Below are positions 57,462-64,000 of a stretch of DNA of 64,000 bases, piece after piece. The notes beneath the pieces are model-generated. The model searched no databases. It was not told the origin of the DNA and saw nothing but the letters and a program-made list of their open reading frames with translations. Every line of letters begins with the position of its first letter. Within the stretch, counting starts at the first letter, position 1. The stretch is taken from positions 17,174,001 through 17,238,000 of the forward strand of contig OZ059900.1 of NCBI GenBank assembly GCA_964057225.1. The letters are read 5' to 3'. Origin of the DNA: Auanema rhodensis. Lineage: Eukaryota; Animalia; Nematoda. Both the position numbers and the translations under genes were made by a program.

Positions 57462-59855
57462 TGTTCAAACTCATGCAATGTCAATGAAACCTAGCTCAAA
57501 ATTGTTCGTACAACGTCTAGTTCCACTTTCACGACAAAAAAACAGGGGTTAGAAAATTAAGGAAATTAGCATATTCTGAGGGCACGCCCCTTATGGCTAA
57601 TATTGATTAAATCGATTTTTGTTCATATGAGTCGTCAAATGCAACGAATTTCAGCGTGTCACATACTAAAATGAAGCATTTTACATGCTGAACGCTAGAA
57701 AAATACAAAAACACAGTATTTCCCATGAGAAATATTTTATTATGCTGGAAAACCAGTTTTTGGAAATTTCGCTGTAAACAAGGTTTTGACTTACGATTTC
57801 ATGTGTTCAAACTCATGCAATGTCAATGAAACCTAGCTCAAAATTGTTCCTACAACGTCTAGTTCCACTTTCACGACAAAAAAACAGGGGTTAGAAAATT
57901 AAGGAAATTAGCATATTCTGAGAGCACGCCCTTTATGGCTAATATTGATTAAATCGATTTTTGTTCATATGAGTCGTCAAATGCAACGAATTTCAGCGTG
58001 TTACATACTAAAATGAAGCATTTTACATGCTGAACGCTAGAAAAATACAAAAACACAGTATTTCCCATGAGAAATATTTTATTATGCTGGAAAACCAGTT
58101 TTTGGAAATTTCGCTGTAAACAAGGTTTTGACTTACGATTTCATGTGTTCAAACTCATGCAATGTCAAAGAAACCTAGCTCAAAATTGTGCCTACAACGT
58201 CTAGTTCCACTTTCACGACAAAAAAACAGGGGTTAGAAAATTAAGGAAATTAGCATATTCTGAGGGCACGCCCCTTATGGCTAATATTGATTAAATCGAT
58301 TTTTGTTCATATGAGTCGTCAAATGCAACGAATTTCAGCGTGTTACATACTAAAATGAAGCATTTTACATGCTGAACGCTAGAAAAATACAAAAACACAG
58401 TATTTCCCATGAGAAATATTTTATTATGCTGGAAAACCAGTTTTTGGAAATTTCGCTGTAAACAAGGTTTTGACTTACGATTTCATGTGTTCAAACTCAT
58501 GCAATGTCAATGAAACCTAGCTCAAAATTGTTCCTACAACGTCTAGTTCCACTTTCACGACAAAAAAACAGGGGTTAGAAAATTAAGGAAATTAGCATAT
58601 TCTGAGGGCACGCCCCTTATGGCTAATATTGATTAAATCGATTTTTGTTCATATGAGTCGTCAAATGCAACGAATTTCAGCGTGTTACATACTAAAATGA
58701 AGCATTTTACATGCTGAACACTAGAAAAATACAAAAACACAGTATTTCCCATGAGAAATATTTTATTATGCTGGAAAACCAGTTTTTGGAAATTTCGCTG
58801 TAAACAAGGTTTTGACTTACGATTTCATGTGTTCAAACTCATGCAATGTCAATGAAACCTAGCTCAAAATTGTTCGTACAACGTCTAGTTCCACTTTCAC
58901 GACAAAAAAACAGGGGTTAGAAAATTAAGGAAATTAGCATATTCTGAGGGCACGCCCCTTATGGCTAATATTGATTAAATCGATTTTTGTTCATATGAGT
59001 CGTCAAATGCAACGAATTTCAGCGTGTCACATACTAAAATGAAGCATTTTACATGCTGAACGCTAGAAAAATACAAAAACACAGTATTTCCCATGAGAAA
59101 TATTTTATTATGCTGGAAAACCAGTTTTTGGAAATTTCGCTGTAAACAAGGTTTTGACTTACGATTTCATGTGTTCAAACTCATGCAATGTCAATGAAAC
59201 CTAGCTCAAAATTGTTCCTACAACGTCTAGTTCCACTTTCACGACAAAAAAACAGGGGTTAGAAAATTAAGGAAATTAGCATATTCTGAGAGCACGCCCT
59301 TTATGGCTAATATTGATTAAATCGATTTTTGTTCATATGAGTCGTCAAATGCAACGAATTTCAGCGTGTTACATACTAAAATGAAGCATTTTACATGCTG
59401 AACACTAGAAAAATACAAAAACATAGTATTTCCCATGAGAAATATTTTATTATGCTGGAAAACCAGTTTTTGGAAATTTCGCTGTAAACAAGGTTTTGAC
59501 TTACGATTTCATGTGTTCAAACTCATGCAATGTCAATGAAACCTAGCTCAAAATTGTTCGTACAACGTCTAGTTCCACTTTCACGACAAAAAAACAGGGG
59601 TTAGAAAATTAAGGAAATTAGCATATTCTGAGGGCACGCCCCTTATGGCTAATATTGATTAAATCGATTTTTGTTCATATGAGTCGTCAAATGCAACGAA
59701 TTTCAGCGTGTTACATACTAAAATGAAACATTTTACATGCTGAACACTAGAAAAATACAAAAACACAGTATTTCCCATGAGAAATATTTTATTATGCTGG
59801 AAAACCAGTTTTTGGAAATTTCGCTGTAAACAAGGTTTTGACTTACGATTTCATG

Positions 59856-62800
59856 TGTTCAAACTCATGCAATGTCAATGAAACCTAGCTCAAAATTGTT
59901 CGTACAACGTCTAGTTCCACTTTCACGACAAAAAAACAGGGGTTAGAAAATTAAGGAAATTAGCATATTCTGAGGGCACGCCCTTTATGGCTAATATTGA
60001 TTAAATCGATTTTTGTTCATATGAGTCGTCAAATGCAACGAATTTCAGCGTGTTACATACTAAAATGAAGCATTTTACATGCTGAACGCTAGAAAAATAC
60101 AAAAACACAGTATTTCCCATGAGAAATATTTTATTATGCTGGAAAACCAGTTTTTGGAAATTTCGCTGTAAACAAGGTTTTGACTTACGATTTCATGTGT
60201 TCAAACTCATGCAATGTCAATGAAACCTAGCTCAAAATTGTTCGTACAACGTCTAGTTCCACTTTCACGACAAAAAAACAGGGGTTAGAAAATTAAGGAA
60301 ATTAGCATATTCTGAGGGCACGCCCTTTATGGCTAATATTGATTAAATCGATTTTTGTTCATATGAGTCGTCAAATGCAACGAATTTCAGCGTGTTACAT
60401 ACTAAAATGAAGCATTTTACATGCTGAACGCTAGAAAAATACAAAAACACAGTATTTCCCATGAGAAATATTTTATTATGCTGGAAAACCAGTTTTTGGA
60501 AATTTCGCTGTAAACAAGGTTTTGACTTACGATTTCATGTGTTCAAACTCATGCAATGTCAATGAAACCTAGCTCAAAATTGTTCCTACAACGTCTAGTT
60601 CCACTTTCACGACAAAAAAACAGGGGTTAGAAAATTAAGGAAATTAGCATATTCTGAGGGCACGCCCCTTATGGCTAATATTGATTAAATCGATTTTTGT
60701 TCATATGAGTCGTCAAATGCAACGAATTTCAGCGTGTTACATACTAAAATGAAGCATTTTACATGCTGAACACTAGAAAAATACAAAAACATAGTATTTC
60801 CCATGAGAAATATTTTATTATGCTGGAAAACCAGTTTTTGGAAATTTCGCTGTAAACAAGGTTTTGACTTACGATTTCATGTGTTCAAACTCATGCAATG
60901 TCAATGAAACCTAGCTCAAAATTGTTCGTACAACGTCTAGTTCCACTTTCACGACAAAAAAACAGGGGTTAGAAAATTAAGGAAATTAGCATATTCTGAG
61001 GGCACGCCCTTTATGGCTAATATTGATTAAATCGATTTTTGTTCATATGAGTCGTCAAATGCAACGAATTTCAGCGTGTTACATACTAAAATGAAGCATT
61101 TTACATGCTGAACGCTAGAAAAATACAAAAACACAGTATTTCCCATGAGAAATATTTTATTATGCTGGAAAACCAGTTTTTGGAAATTTCGCTGTAAACA
61201 AGGTTTTGACTTACGATTTCATGTGTTCAAACTCATGCAATGTCAATGAAACCTAGCTCAAAATTGTTCGTACAACGTCTAGTTCCACTTTCACGACAAA
61301 AAAACAGGGGTTAGAAAATTAAGGAAATTAGCATATTCTGAGGGCACGCCCTTTATGGCTAATATTGATTAAATCGATTTTTGTTCATATGAGTCGTCAA
61401 ATGCAACGAATTTCAGCGTGTTACATACTAAAATGAAGCATTTTACATGCTGAACGCTAGAAAAATACAAAAACACAGTATTTCCCATGAGAAATATTTT
61501 ATTATGCTGGAAAACCAGTTTTTGGAAATTTCGCTGTAAACAAGGTTTTGACTTACGATTTCATGTGTTCAAACTCATGCAATGTCAATGAAACCTAGCT
61601 CAAAATTGTTCCTACAACGTCTAGTTCCACTTTCACGACAAAAAAACAGGGGTTAGAAAATTAAGGAAATTAGCATATTCTGAGGGCACGCCCCTTATGG
61701 CTAATATTGATTAAATCGATTTTTGTTCATATGAGTCGTCAAATGCAACGAATTTCAGCGTGTTACATACTAAAATGAAGCATTTTACATGCTGAACACT
61801 AGAAAAATACAAAAACACAGTATTTCCCATGAGAAATATTTTATTATGCTGGAAAACCAGTTTTTGGAAATTTCGCTGTAAACAAGGTTTTGACTTACGA
61901 TTTCATGTGTTCAAACTCATGCAATGTCAATGAAACCTAGCTCAAAATTGTTCGTACAACGTCTAGTTCCACTTTCACGACAAAAAAACAGGGGTTAGAA
62001 AATTAAGGAAATTAGCATATTCTGAGGGCACGCCCTTTATGGCTAATATTGATTAAATCGATTTTTGTTCATATGAGTCGTCAAATGCAACGAATTTCAG
62101 CGTGTTACATACTAAAATGAAGCATTTTACATGCTGAACGCTAGAAAAATACAAAAACACAGTATTTCCCATGAGAAATATTTTATTATGCTGGAAAACC
62201 AGTTTTTGGAAATTTCGCTGTAAACAAGGTTTTGACTTACGATTTCATGTGTTCAAACTCATGCAATGTCAATGAAACCTAGCTCAAAATTGTTCGTACA
62301 ACGTCTAGTTCCACTTTCACGACAAAAAAACAGGGGTTAGAAAATTAAGGAAGTTAGCATATTCTGAGGGCACGCCCTTTATGGCTAATATTGATTAAAT
62401 CGATTTTTGTTCATATGAGTCGTCAAATGCAACGAATTTCAGCGTGTTACATACTAAAATGAAGCATTTTACATGCTGAACGCTAGAAAAATACAAAAAC
62501 ACAGTATTTCCCATGAGAAATATTTTATTATGCTGGAAAACCAGTTTTTGGAAATTTCGCTGTAAACAAGGTTTTGACTTACGATTTCATGTGTTCAAAC
62601 TCATGCAATGTCAATGAAACCTAGCTCAAAATTGTTCCTACAACGTCTAGTTCCACTTTCACGACAAAAAAACAGGGGTTAGAAAATTAAGGAAATTAGC
62701 ATATTCTGAGGGCACGCCCCTTATGGCTAATATTGATTAAATCGATTTTTGTTCATATGAGTCGTCAAATGCAACGAATTTCAGCGTGTTACATACTAAA

Positions 62801-62933
62801 ATGAAGCATTTTACATGCTGAACACTAGAAAAATACAAAAACACAGTATTTCCCATGAGAAATATTTTATTATGCTGGAAAACCAGTTTTTGGAAATTTC
62901 GCTGTAAACAAGGTTTTGACTTACGATTTCATG
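59856..62933 (+). repeat. 3-monomer higher-order unit x3 (M176-184)
   Basis: The pattern [CGTAC+CCCTTT+AACGCT] x2 then [CCTAC+CCCCTT] occurs three times, with two extra SNPs (ACATAG in M178, GAAGTTAG in M183). Confidence 0.82.
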
Positions 62934-64000
62934 TGTTCAAACTCATGCAATGTCAATGAAACCTAGCTCAAAATTGTTCGTACAACGTCTAGTTCCACTT
63001 TCACGACAAAAAAACAGGGGTTAGAAAATTAAGGAAATTAGCATATTCTGAGGGCACGCCCCTTATGGCTAATATTGATTAAATCGATTTTTGTTCATAT
63101 GAGTCGTCAAATGCAACGAATTTCAGCGTGTTACATACTAAAATGAAGCATTTTACATGCTGAACACTAGAAAAATACAAAAACACAGTATTTCCCATGA
63201 GAAATATTTTATTATGCTGGAAAACCAGTTTTTGGAAATTTCGCTGTAAACAAGGTTTTGACTTACGATTTCATGTGTTCAAACTCATGCAATGTCAATG
63301 AAACCTAGCTCAAAATTGTTCGTACAACGTCTAGTTCCACTTTCACGACAAAAAACAGGGGTTAGAAAATTAAGGAAATTAGCATATTCTGAGGGCACGC
63401 CCTTTATGGCTAATATTGATTAAATCGATTTTTGTTCATATGAGTCGTCAAATGCAACGAATTTCAGCGTGTTACATACTAAAATGAAGCATTTTACATG
63501 CTGAACGCTAGAAAAATACAAAAACACAGTATTACCCATGAGAAATATTTTATTATGCTGGAAAACCAGTTTTTGGAAATTTCGCTGTAAACAAGGTTTT
63601 GACTTACGATTTCATGTGTTCAAACTCATGCAATGTCAATGAAACCTAGCTCAAAATTGTTCGTACAACGTCTAGTTCCACTTTCACGACAAAAAAACAG
63701 GGGTTAGAAAATTAAGGAAATTAGCATATTCTGAGGGCACGCCCCTTATGGCTAATATTGATTAAATCGATTTTTGTTCATATGAGTCGTCAAATGCAAC
63801 GAATTTCAGCGTGTTACATACTAAAATGAAACATTTTACATGCTGAACACTAGAAAAATACAAAAACACAGTATTTCCCATGAGAAATATTTTATTATGC
63901 TGGAAAACCAGTTTTTGGAAATTTCGCTGTAAACAAGGTTTTGACTTACGATTTCATGTGTTCAAACTCATGCAATGTCAATGAAACCTAGCTCAAAATT

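Larger units (their letters stand above)
1..64000. repeat. Tandem satellite DNA array, 342-bp monomer, 187 full copies plus 42 bp, head-to-tail, runs off both window ends
   Basis: TGTTCAAACTCATGCAATG recurs at 1, 343, 685, 1027 ... 3421 (10x342+1) ... 63617, 63959. Length check: 187x342 + 6 single-base insertions - 2 single-base deletions = 63958, which matches the start of the last partial copy at 63959. No non-repeat sequence or inversion seen. Confidence 0.99.

Noticed and set aside
1-64000. CRISPR array or other repeat-spacer system
   Set aside because: There are no unique spacers. The whole 342-bp unit repeats, and no cas or other genes are present.
1-64000. Variant order as an encoded message or programmed diversification
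   Set aside because: The pattern is adequately explained by nested duplication, deletion and conversion; nothing indicates a readout mechanism.

Overview
The whole 64 kb window is one uninterrupted head-to-tail satellite DNA array: 187 complete copies of a 342-bp monomer plus a 42-bp partial copy, all in one orientation. By hand count the consensus is about 34% GC with CpG observed/expected near 1.0. Most monomers differ from the consensus at only 0-5 positions. I found no genes, RNA genes, transposon insertions or CRISPR array, and all six reading frames of the monomer contain stops. The information lies in how the rare variants are arranged. They define nested higher-order duplications (2-, 3-, 4-, 18/21-, 22- and 31-monomer blocks), chimeric junction monomers, and a switch between two variant subfamilies at about 34.5-36.3 kb. 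The monomer contains several dyad symmetries and phased A/T tracts. This looks like eukaryotic (peri)centromeric or heterochromatic satellite, but I do not recognise the family or species. I see no evidence of a new protein- or RNA-coding system. Monomers are numbered M1 (starting at base 1) to M188. All variant calls were made by eye and may have missed a few sites.
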